This document shows positions 23,512 through 35,100 of a stretch of 64,000 nucleotides of DNA, in pieces. Source of the stretch: Heptranchias perlo (taxonomy: Eukaryota); NCBI RefSeq assembly GCF_035084215.1, contig NC_090356.1, positions 20,708,001-20,772,000 of the forward strand, given 5' to 3'. How positions within the stretch are numbered: the first letter of the stretch is position 1; every line of letters begins with the position of its first letter. A program made the translations under genes and the position numbers. Under the pieces are notes generated by a model. That model was not told the DNA's origin. It saw only the letters and a list, made by a program, of their open reading frames with translations, and made no database searches.

Positions 23512-25103
23512 GAAGTAAGGTGGGAGGAGTCTTGTGTGGAGCATGAACACCGGCATAGACCTGTTGGGCTGAATGGCCTGTTTTTGTGCTGTAAAATTCT
23601 AGGTAATTCCATGTAATGCTGTCTGATTTCTTTTGCCCCCTCCCCAGCCCAGGCACTCTGAGGCTACTTATGCTCTGTAAGCAGCCCGGAGTTCCGCAAG
23701 CTCAGCACAGGTTGGGATCGGACTCTGGGGCCTTCCTGGTTGCTGTGGCTCGGGGCCATGAGGGGGAGGTACATTCATCCAGCGAACAGAAGGGCGGGGA
23801 GCTGAAGGTGGGGTGAGAATGAAAGCTCGCTGCTTCCTGTAGCCAGAAACTGATTTGCCTTCATTCCCAAAATGATTACTCACTTTGCCTACTGCCCACA
23901 CAGTGCAGGTATGTCTGTCCCTGTTGTTGTGCCTCTTCAAACGTCTCATTCATGACAATGGTCCAAGGATTGCTGAATGATTTTTTGAATTTTGGCTGCA
24001 TTACTGTGTGGGAAATAGATGCTAATAATTACCTTTTAACCCACTAGGACTATCAACTGCTTATTCTGGATCCATTGTCTGGTGTTTGGCCTTGGGGAGA
24101 ATCGTCAGCATCAGTCACTTCTGACAGCTAAAGCAGGCGCCAAGACTGCTCGGAGGTAGAGTCTGTCTCTGAGCCAACGAGTCAATCATCGGGAGAGGGG
24201 GGGGGGGAGAAAACTGGGAAAAAGAAACTATTTCCACTGGCAGGAGGGTCGGTAACCAGAGGACACCAATTTAAGATAATTGGCAAAAGAACCAGAGGGG
24301 AAATGAGGAGAACTTTTTTTACGCAGCGAGTTGTTACAATCTGGAATGCACTGCCTGAAAGGGCGGTGGAAGCAGGTTCAATAGTAACTTTCAAAAGGGA
24401 ATTGGATAAATACTTAAAAAGGAGAAATTCTCAAGGGCTGTGGGGAAAGAGCAGGGGAGTGGGACTAATTGGATAGCTCTTTCAAAGAGCCGGCACAGGC
24501 GCAATGGGCCGAGTGGCCTCTTTCTGGGCTGTATGATTCTATTTGAGAGAAGGTACTCTTGCCAGACTTTTCTTTCTCTTTAAGAATCTGTTTGCCTCAG
24601 AGTTGCACCATACTCTGGGCCTGGCTCCAACACTGTTGCACAAGTTGAGTGTGTGTCTGCAGTGAAGGTGCCTGGACAGAGCGACTAATGCTGCACACAG
24701 TTCTTTCACAACGGGGCTTTGGTTTTAATCCGACTCGAACTCATGAGATGAAAGTCTCCTCTTTCTGATGGTAAACACCTGCACAGACTCCCTTCAGCTG
24801 GAAGTAAGGTGGGAGGAGTCTTGTGTGGAGCATGAACACCGGCATAGACCTGTTGGGCTGAATGGCCTGTTTTTGTGCTGTAAAATTCTAGGTAATTCCA
24901 TGTAACGCCATCTGATTTCTTTTGCCCCCTCCCCAGCCCAGGCGCTCTGAGGCTACTTATGCTCTGTAAGCAGCCCGGAGTTCCGCAAGCTCAGCACAGG
25001 TTGGGATCGGACTCTGGGGCCTTCCTGGTCGCTGTAGCTTGGGGCCATGAGGGGGAGGTACATTTATCCAGCGAACAGAAGGGCGGGGAGCTGAAGGTGG
25101 GGT
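23512..25103 (+). repeat. 303-bp local direct duplication (23512-23814 and 24801-25103)
   Basis: Near-identical copies; both translate to MLCKQPGVPQAQHRLG... Confidence 0.93.
24215..24542 (+). mobile_element. CR1 LINE 3' end
   Basis: [13 protein letters not shown]...FFTQRVV..WNALP; tail tatgattcta; same family at 38480-38915. Confidence 0.85.
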
Positions 25104-25367
25104 CACTTGCTGGGCTCTCACAGGGGCTGGGTGTCCTTCAGTACAAGTGGCCGTTTTTCGCCTGCGAGCCTAGACGGCGAGTGCCAGCAAGCCATTCAAG
25201 CTTTACAGCTGAGCCCGAGTTTCCAATGACCTAACCCAAGGATGCTGTGGCCAACTGTAGCCCCTCCTGCTGCCCCGGCTGAGATCAGCTAACTTAGCCC
25301 AGACTGGGAAGCCAGCCTGAGGACTTCCTGGGCTGTGTGCCTCAGTACCATATCGCATACGGGCACT

Positions 25368-25732
25368 TCAGTACTGAGGGAGTGCTGCACTGTCGGAGGT
25401 GCCGTCTTTTGCATAAAACGTTAAACTGAGGCCCCTTCTGCCCTCTCAGGTGGCCGTAAAAGATCCCATGGCACTATTCAAAGAAAAGCAGGGGAGTTCT
25501 CCTGGGCGTCCTGGGCAATATTTATCCCTCAACCAACATCACTAAAACAAATTATCTGGTCATTATCTCTTTGCTGTTTGTGGGAGCTTGCTGTGTGCAA
25601 ATTGGCTGCTATGTTTCCTACATTACAACAGTGACTACACTTCAAAAGTACTTCGTTGGCTGTAAAACGCTTTGGAACATCCTGAGGACGTGAAAGGCGC
25701 TATATAAATGCAAGTTCTTTCTTTTTTCTTTC
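25368..25732 (+). mobile_element. SacSINE1-like SINE, 5'-truncated
   Basis: Core and tail match. Confidence 0.8.
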
Positions 25733-26069
25733 GATATCCTTATAGACTGAGCCTTCGGGGAAAGACGGAATGACAGTCTGAGGGTAATATTTTCTACTCA
25801 GTGGCTTATTGAAGCTTGTGGGACGGCATGGGCTCTTTTGTTGTATAACAATTGTTTAAACAGACGAGTAGATGAACTGTAGTGATACCTTCAATGCTTA
25901 TCACCATCTCCCTTACCCATTAACTTCAATATAAACCCGTCCTGACATTAACCCCTGACAACATTTGGAAGTGCTTGAGAATCACATTGCACCAACACAA
26001 TTCCCTGCAGCTCACTGTACAGATGTGCAGAATGTTAAGCAAGGGTCCACTGGAGGGCAGCACAAGTCT

Positions 26070-26270
26070 AAAGGAGAAAGCGAAACATTGCAGAGGCTGG
26101 AAATCTGAACCAAACTCGCTGGAGACACTCAGCAGGTCAGGCAGTGTCAGTCGAGAAAACACCAGCCAGTTGACGGTGTAGTTCTGAGGAAGGGTTTTTA
26201 TCAGAAACGGCAACAGACTTCTGTTTTCTCGACGGATGCTGCTTGACCCGCTGAGCGTCTCCAGCAGTCT
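26070..26270. mobile_element. Penelope-like fold-back remnant (related piece at about 52710-52820)
   Basis: About 45-bp imperfect inverted arms 26118-26161 / 26222-26265 around CTGAGGA...GAAAC. Confidence 0.6.
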
Positions 26271-26820
26271 GAAGCAGCCATATTGCGATCTGACGCCCTT
26301 TTCCATCTCTCTGCTCTCCTCTTTCATATTCTGCTCCCTCCAATACTCTGATCTCCTCTCTGTCACTCTGTCAGTCAATGGAGAGTAATATTGGGCGAGG
26401 TGTAAAACCAGCATTCCTCCCGATCCTGTGGGCTTCCCGCCTGACGAGTTAGGTTAAAATCGGCCCCGAGCGTCAGCAACAAATCCTGTCATTCACTCCT
26501 CGGCCAGATGTGCACCTCCCAGCAGGGGTTACTGGGCGGGACCCAGAGTGGGAACCCTGGCTAGCCCTGGGGGGGGGGGAGGAGGGGGGGGGGCGCTGAG
26601 TCCACAAGACGGAATCCACAGGGGGTCACCTGCGCTTATTTGCAGCTTTAAATACTGTAGCAGGGGTGTTAGATCCACTGCAGATTGACAGCTCACTCCT
26701 CTGACCACAACACATGACTCACACTGCAATGATAATGAGTTTTATGTTGCAACATGTTAATGTGAAACTGCACGCCCTGTATATAGATTTTTTAAGTTCC
26801 ACACTGGACTCGCCAAGTTC

Positions 26821-26833
26821 TGACCTTTGACCC
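26821..26833 (-). promoter_or_regulatory. Perfect DR1 nuclear receptor element GGGTCA-A-AGGTCA
   Basis: Plus strand TGACCTTTGACCC, about 2.2 kb upstream of the DHRS3 ATG. Confidence 0.55.
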
Positions 26834-27137
26834 ACACTCTCGAACACATGCCTGATTCAGCATGGAGTGTTGAAATAATTTATAAAAATATACAAACTCT
26901 GCGGCGGTGGAGTGCACTAAAGCCCCAGGGCGGGGGGGTTGGGAGTGGGAGGGGGTGGTTTGGGGGGCGCCCAGACACAATTCCAAACACGTGCATCCAC
27001 ACTGCTCTGCGGAGATGCCAAAGGCCTGACTCTTCCTCGTAGAGAAGGAAAACCGGGAGAGGAAGGGGAAAGAAGGAGACATCGACAAGGTGAGACAGAG
27101 AGTAAAACAGCAGGGGGAGAGAGATGGACAAGGGGCA

Positions 27138-27138
27138 G

Positions 27139-27170
<32 letters not shown>

Positions 27171-27205
27171 CGAAAGAGAGAGACAGAGACAGGGAGACAG
27201 ACAGT
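27138..27205. repeat. (CA)n and (GA/GACA)n microsatellite
   Basis: Direct reading. Confidence 0.9.
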
Positions 27206-27479
27206 CCTGGGCCAGTCTCATGATCCCTCTAGTGGTTAGTTTCAATGGAGCATCAATCAAAACCTGGAAGCAACTTGCTATTCTCAGCCACATTAAACAA
27301 GGTAATGGGAATGGGGCTGGGGGGTGAAAACCAATATCAAAAACACAGGCTCGCTATAACAGTGGGTGGAGGTACTGGTTTATAAGTTAAGTCAGCTGCT
27401 CTCAATCGGAACACATGGAGGACACGGTGTGGGGCAGGGGCTGTGAGTGTTCCTTTTTAAAAGTGTGTGCCTATTTGCA

Positions 27480-28020
27480 CTAGTGAGCAACAGCAGCGAC
27501 ACGATATACCCCCCCCTCCTCCACACACACACACACCCCCCCCGAGCAGAACGTCACACTGCAAGTGACCGCACGCTCTGCGCGTCCCCGGGGAACACCT
27601 GCATTACATTCTCGCCGTTTCGGTAAGCTCCAGGTCTTCGACCGCTTGTCGAAAGAACAAGACAACAAGATGGGACACCTGCCCTGGTGCTGCGGGCCGG
27701 GCCGGGCCGGGCCGGGCTGTGCCTCCCGAAACTGTCAGCGGCACTGCCCGAGAGGCTGGCAACAGTCAGGAAGCTGCTGTCTCACGTGGCACGGGCGAGG
27801 CATGCCATTGGGCAACACTCCACCATGCATTAACCATCTGAGGGACTCTGGAAATGATTATTCCCAACAGCCAAAAGTCTTAAAGGAGCACCACTTCCAA
27901 TCAACACTATCTTTTTTTCACAACGACACGATTCACATCGAGACACGTCACCACGCCGCTTGTGTGTGACATCACTGTGAAAAATACGCTGCGTGCTTAT
28001 TCTCGCCCCGGGTATGAGGA
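27480..28020. promoter_or_regulatory. CpG-enriched upstream region of DHRS3 with (GGGCC)n
   Basis: Visibly high CpG density relative to flanks; not computed. Confidence 0.45.
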
Positions 28021-28507
28021 TGGTGTCTCTTTAATTAAAGGCACAGGCATCCCCTTGCAAAGTGCTGAAAGTACCTTTCTCAATTTAAAAAAAAGAAAAT
28101 TGTCCAAATAATTGTTTTTTAAGCAGGAGATGATTTGTAATCCATCTTGCAATCAAAAAGTACACCATTGGCTGCAAAGCGCTTCGGGACGGTCCTGAGG
28201 CCGTGAAAGGCGCCATATAAATGCAAGTTTTTGTTTTGCAATCTCCTGATTATTATACTTGATGTCAGGCGAGCATCCTTAATGGTTGCTGGGCAGGAGA
28301 AAGCTGTGCAAGATCATCGTGGATGGGGGAACCAGAGCTGGGTGCAAGCGAACAGTTGTGTGTCTGTGAGTTGGAGGGGGAGGGAGAGAGAGTCTGTAGT
28401 TCTGATGCAGAGGCTGGCGTGTTGCCGCTGACTACAGGGGGGGTGTGGGCTGAGGGCTTCACACAGTAGTACCGAGCGGATCAGCTCCCTCCCGACACTT
28501 AAACTCG

Positions 28508-28545
28508 TCAATCAGGATTAATGGACTGCCGTATAAAAACTCACT
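28508..28545 (+). promoter_or_regulatory. Candidate DHRS3 core promoter (TATAAAA at 28532 with upstream CAAT-like motif)
   Basis: gTATAAAAac about 460 nt upstream of the ATG, next to CpG-enriched unique sequence. Confidence 0.5.
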
Positions 28546-28608
28546 GCGCCTTTCGGAACACACACAACACACACACACAAACGGTTCCAGCTCTTTTATT
28601 ATATATTA

Positions 28609-28621
28609 TACACACACACAC

Positions 28622-28656
<35 letters not shown>
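28609..28656. repeat. (CA)n(TA)n microsatellite in the probable DHRS3 5' UTR
   Basis: Direct reading. Confidence 0.9.
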
Positions 28657-28657
<1 letters not shown>

Positions 28658-28990
28658 TTTGCGTGTGTGGCAAATCGGTCTGGAACGATTAACCTCCGTG
28701 TGATCCCGGACAACAGCAAAGAGAAAGAAGAAAAAAATAAAATATTTGAAAGAAAAATATGGTTTTAAAACCAAGAGAAATTGATTGAACAGGAAGGCGC
28801 TCAGCCAGTGAAATTGACACGCACTTAAAGGTTTTTTTTTTGGCTGGGGCAAAAAAAAAGTTTTTTTTTGGCCAAACTTTTTTTTTTGTCTAGGTGAACT
28901 TTTCTGCTGCAGAGGACGGGGTGCAGTTCCTTTTTTTTTTGTGTGTGTGTGGTTTTTGTTGGTTTGTTATTGTTTAGGATGAGCCCGGAG

Positions 28991-29185
28991 ATGGATTGGA
29001 GGAGCCTGGGTTCGCTGCTGCTCTTCCCGATGCAAATGGTCTTTTACGTGGTCAAAGCCGCCGTGTTACTGCTGCTGCCCGTCAGACTGAGGGAGCTGAG
29101 CCGGGACACCGTCCTCATCACCGGGGGAGGCAGAGGCATCGGTCGCCACCTGGCCCGGGAGTTCGCCAAACAAGGGGCTCGAAAG
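28991..29185 (+). CDS. DHRS3: DHRS3 exon 1 coding part ([13 protein letters not shown]...GARK)
   Basis: gagATGg Kozak context; TGGGRGIG; donor AAG|GTGAGT. Confidence 0.95.
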
Positions 29186-32100
29186 GTGAGTCTCTGGATT
29201 TTCAGGTTGCACTGAACAGTTTTTTTTTTTGAAAATGCATTTTGGGGATAAAACAACGAGCAGTGATGGGTTACAGAGGGAGTCAGGCAGCGATCTCACA
29301 GGATTTACATAATGTCTTAATTCTGATCACGGATGGGAGCAGACCCTGAAAGAGCAATCTGCAGAAATCTGTTTGCATTCGCTCCAAAAGGATTGCTTTT
29401 GGCATTTGAATCTTTTAAGGAAAATGCAATGTCCAGATACTCCGTGTAGGGGAAGCAGGATTTAAAAGCCCCCCCCCCCACTGACTGTGCTTAGTGGCTA
29501 TAGAGTGTGTCAAGAAGGGACTAAACTTGCAGATGCTTTTTTGGAGTGTGTCAAAAGAGTGTCCAGATCCTGCTCTGTTGTATGAATGTGGGATTGTTCC
29601 TGTGCTGAGTTTAACCTTCAGTCTCTGTGCACGCTTAGAATTTGCTCACAGGAGTTGCTATTGCTGATAACCTTCTAATGGGCGCATCATTCATGGTTAG
29701 AGACCTCTGTGGATTTTTATATAATTGTTATAAATGTACATGCAACTGTTCGATGTTCCACAGAGAGACCAGTGTCATGTTCCCCCTCGATCTCTCAATA
29801 CCTGTTTAAACTGGTCAGTTCATCCCCCCACGCCTAACCTGCCCCAAGAGACACTTCGTGTTCTGCAGGACGCATTCGACTGGTTCTGTGTAATTCTTTA
29901 AACACTTCCCGGTCTGTATTTCTTCTAGAACAAGCTGCAGTAAATGGCTCCGGGGGCGAATGCAGAGGCGGCTGAGGGCTCCCAGGCTCCAGTCCTTGGT
30001 CTGTGCTGTGGGCTCAGGTGGGACCTCAGTGCGAGAGCTCCCATTTAGTCCTCGGTGCCTCTGGGCTGAAGGAGAGGCGAAACAGGCAGGTTTCGCCACT
30101 GCTGCTAGTTACTCTCTCAGCCCCGTGTGTGTGTGCATGCACCATCAGGTGAGACAGGACTGGGCTTGTTTCTGATGCCTCTCACTTCCCCTGTTGTGTA
30201 CCCCACCGGACCGATAGCTTATCAACACTGGCTGTGCTGGGCTCACACGTGGGGTTTGACCAGCAAGAAGACAACACCTTCAGAAGTTGAATGGGAGGGA
30301 AAAACCCCTGATCCTCTGAATAGATCTGACGCAGTGAGAGTTGTTTGAAACAGAAAGAGGCCATTCAGCCCTCCAGTCTGTTCCGCCATGGCTGATCTGA
30401 ATCTTAACTGCATCTACCCACCTTGGTTCCGTAACCCTTAATATAATCTCTTGCCCAACTAAAATCTATCAATCTCAGTTTCGAAAATTTCAATTGACCC
30501 CCAGCCTCAGCAGCTTTTTGGGGGAGCGAGTTCCAGATTTACACCACCCTTTGTGTGAAGAAGTGCTTCCTGACATCACCCCTGAACAGCCTAGCTCTAA
30601 TTTTAAGGTTATACCCCCCCTTATTCTGGACTATTCCATCAGGGGAAATTGTTTCTCTCTCAGGTCTTTGAACACCTGAGCAATGGGCAGATCACAATAT
30701 ACAATTATATAGTACTCTGTGATGTGGTAAATACCTGCTTTTGTAAAATTGTGATTTTAATATTTTGAAAACTGATAATCCCGAACGCAAGAAAGCGGAG
30801 ATTGCAACAGAAGCATTGTACATGGTACCTGTTAGATAAAACATCTCTGTCACAATCAGGAGTCATTACAAAGCCATTGTTCGACAAAATGTACAAGACA
30901 ATCAGAACCTGTACCCCGGGGACCCGTACCCCAGCCCTGTACCCTGGTCCGGGGGACCTGCACCCGGCCCCGTACCCAGCCCTGTACCCTGGTCCTGGGG
31001 ACCTGCACCCCGGCCCCGTACCCCAGCCCTGTACCCTGGTCCTGGGGACCTGTACGCCAGCCCCATACCACATGCCCCGTACCCTGGTCCTGGGGACCTG
31101 TACCCCAGCCCCATACCCCAGCCCTGTACCCTGGTCCTGGGGACCTGTACCCTGGCCCCATACCACATGCCCCGTACCCTGGTCCTGGGGACCCGTACCC
31201 CGGCCCCGTACCACATGCCCCGTACCCGTACCCCAGCCCCGTGCTCCGTACCCCGGCCCGAGTCTTCAGAGGAGTGAAAAGTGGAGCTTGCTCTGATAAT
31301 TAGCTCCCCACAATCTAACACGACTGATGTCACCCACAAATCATTGTCTTGATTTCAATATTGAAATTAATTTGAGGGTATGCCTCATAGAGTAAGGGAT
31401 ATCCAGGAGTGAGTCATAGGCTGGCATCTAAACAAGGAGACTATTTACATCCATTAAATGAACCTTGAGATTTAAATTAATCCTTTGTTTTCATTCAGGT
31501 AGTGAATTACTTTTATAAACCATGTATGACCTGGAGGTACGTGAGGGTTGACATGACCAGAACCTGGCAGTTTTAACAGTAGTCTACATGCTTGTTCTCC
31601 ATCTGGTGTTCATTATGGAACTGGTGTACATTCTGACTCCGTGCCCTGGAACTGTACCCACTGGTTTGATGCCAGTGTGAGCTGGCAGGGCTGAGCTATA
31701 CTCAGCTGCACACACCAGTCTTTAACAAGGGGACAGTGGCGCAGTGTTGCTGGGGTGTGCATGTAGAGTATGTGTGTAGAGTGGAGTATGCTGCATGCAT
31801 TGCATGTACATGTGTGTGTGTATATGCATGTGTGTGCATGTATGTGCTCAGCTGCCTCAAACTACTGGCAAGAACAGCTGACAGGATCCCAACATCAGAA
31901 ACATGAGCACTGTTTAAAGGGAACTTTTCAAAGTTGGTTTTGCCCCAATTGCAGTTGTGAAGCCAGCAACTACCGCCTCACCCGGCTGCCTCCTCCAGGT
32001 GGTGCTACCCCGGCACAAAATGCCAACATGATACCAGTTGTACTAAAGTGTGCCGGGGCACGAGTCCCTGTGAACAGGCTCCTCCCTGGTAACGTGGCCA

Positions 32101-35100
32101 CGGCCGGATGCCTCTGATGCCCCCCCCCAATGCGGAACTACCTATTAACATTCACTCTTTAGCCCGTAAAGACGGGACACGCGGACCGAGCGTGTTTGTC
32201 ATCAGAGGTGGTGGGCGCCCTCCCGGGCGGAGGGGAGAAAACTAGAGGAAATTTTTTTTAAAAGTTAATGGTGATTTTTACTGTTATTGGCCCAGGTTCC
32301 CCATTGGGCTGAATAAAAGCAAACTTCTTTACATTGGGCAGCATTCTGAGGAAGTTGTCCAGTTTCAGAATAATCAGTAGAACTGCACAAAACGTCCTCA
32401 GCTTTGTTTACAGGGAGCGTCCAGCAAATCTAGAACTTCAATCTGGTTCTGGAATTCTCCGACTGTTTTCATAGAACCAGATCTCCCACTGGTTACGGCC
32501 TGCACCGATGGGAATCTGTCGATTCGTTTGGATTGAATGAATTGTCCACATGGAGTGACTGAGAGCAGCCAGTTTGCATGTTGGCCAACCTAAAGGGTTT
32601 GTTTTTGTCATCTCCAGACCTTGCTCTCCTCTGCTGATGCTGCATCTGGTGTCTCTACACTGACATCAACTACTTTGTGGTGTCCCTGAGTCAGCTGTGG
32701 CTCAGTGAGTAGCGCTGATGCCTCTGAGTCAGAAGGTTGTGGGTTCAAACCACACTCCAGAGACTTGAGTATAAAATCTAGGTTAACACTCCAGTGCAGT
32801 ACTGAGGGAGTGCTGCACTGTTGGAGGTGCCATCTTTCAGCTGAGATGTTAAACTGAGGCCCATGTCTACCTGCTCAGGTGGATGTAAAAGATCCCATGG
32901 CACTATTTCAAAGAAGAGTAGGAGAGTTCTCCCCAGTTTTCTGATCAATATTTAGCCTTCAACCAACATCACTAATACAGATTATCTAGTCATTATCACA
33001 TTGCTGTTTAGTGGGAGCTTGCTGTGTGCAAATTGGCTGCCGTGTTACCTATATAACAACAGTGACTACACTTCAAAAGAAAGTACTTCATTGGCTGTAA
33101 AGCGCTTTAGGACGCCCTGAGGTTGCGAAAGGAGATATATAAATGCAAGTCTTTCTTTTTTTTCAGTACTGTTATTGAGACGATGCTAGTGCCTCTGTCG
33201 TCATGGAGACCTTTTCCAGAAGGTGTTCTTTCCCCTTCCCTCCCATGTCACCAGAGGTAAAGTCAGTGGCAATGGGAAAAGCAAATGGCTGATGACGACG
33301 CAAGCTGCCATTTTGTTCCTGCTGTAGGTGGGCTGAGATGTCAAACCTGGACTAGCTCAGAATCACACCAGAGTGACCTGCACCCACTGAGCCATCAGGA
33401 AACCCAACCACACCAGCCCTATCCAGAGTTGAGCTGCCAGCATTGGCGAGGACATGCTGGGCTGTGCAGTAACCTCACAGCAATACGGCCTGGCCTTTAC
33501 CGTAACAGAGCCAGATACCGGCATTCAGGACTGGTTTGAGCTTTACTCACGGTAACTAATATGTACTAATATGGTCTGCTAGTCTCATGTAGGGTAAAGT
33601 GAGACAACAGATATCACTGGGTGACTCAGTGGGTAAACGCAATGACCCATGTGGTACTGAGCCATTCAGACCAGGAAAGATCCCAAGTTCCATCATCGAT
33701 TTTGTGCCGACTCAGTTGATCTCGGCTGGGGGCAGTGTTTCGGGTCCCCTAATTTGCCTCAGTGCCTCTGGACAGCAGAGTGGAGGAAAATGAGCCAGGG
33801 TTCCGGTGTGTGATCCAGCGACTCCTGCTGGTAAGTGGGACAGTGTGGAAGTTGGGGCGAGGGCAAGATTGGGCTTGGCTGTCATGCCTTTCACGGTCGA
33901 ATAGCCTGCTGATGGCTAACCACCTAGGCTCACAGATGAAGAATGACCAGCGAAGTATGGTGTGGGGGTGGGGGTCGGTGGGGTGCCAATGCTGGAGTAA
34001 CTTCAGGAGAGAAGGGGAAGGAATCATATAACTTTAAAAAAAATCTCATCACAAAATCCAGAAGCTCTGTTTAATGCAGAACTGCAGTAGCTGGTTACAG
34101 CAGTTATGAGTGAACGACTAGTTCAGTTGTTGAATTAAAGCCACGTGGAGCAGTTTGATTGTGTCGAGGAATTTGGGGCTGGATTGTGAATCTGTGTCAG
34201 GCAATGAGACGCTTTGGATTAAAGTGACGGCTGGAGGAAGATAAATTGTCTGGCAGTGATGTGTTGTTTAAATAATTGGGACTGGTCTCTTGGAAGGTAA
34301 TAGGATGAAAAATCTCAAGCCTTTCTGCAGCATCCAGTGAACACTGGATCACCTCTCCGCAGCTAAATGCTGCATTTTGCGATACATTATTTTTTAATAA
34401 GTGTAAAATTAGTGTTTGCACTGCACTGTTCCTAAAATGAGGTTTGTTCTGTCAAAGCCGAGTCTGATCCTGAACCTCTCCCTATATCCCTGCCCACACA
34501 TTCCCCCCCCCCAAACCAGGGTCACCCCAATAGTGATGAGGAGAGGGAATCCTGGCTGATTTTCCCCCTCCCCTGTAATTCCTCAACTGTTGCCCTGGCT
34601 GCGATCAGCTAACTCAGAGCGGGGTTGGAGTCAGACCTGGGACCCTCTTGGCCTGAGTGTACTTTTTATTCCTTTGGGACGTTCTGCAGCTGTCACTTTC
34701 TCTTCCCCATCCCTTGCCCCAACCATTGGATATAGAGAGGACTGTACTGTAGGTTTAGTGTTTTGGGACTGACAACAACAACAACTACTTGCATTTATAT
34801 AGCGCCTTTAACATAGTAAAACGTCCCAAGGACGGGAGTGTTACCAAACAAAATTTGACACCAAGTCACATAGAGATATTAGGACAGGTGACCAAAAGCT
34901 TGGTTAAAGAGGTGGGTTTTAAGGAGCGTTTTAAGGAGGAGAGGGAAGTAGAGAGGTGGAGAGGTTTAGGCAGCCACCAAAAGTGGGACGATGGAAATCG
35001 GGGATGCGCAAAAGGCCAGAATTGGAGGAGTGGAGAGGTGGACCACACTGGTTGTTTCCATTCCTGTGACCTCTACTGCTTCTGTTCAGATCACAGACAG

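Noticed and set aside
27786-27820. p53/p63 response element (AGGCATGCCA) upstream of DHRS3
   Set aside because: Only one imperfect half-site; not distinguishable from chance
30705-31339. Overlapping 100-170 aa ORFs
   Set aside because: Produced by a GC-rich minisatellite
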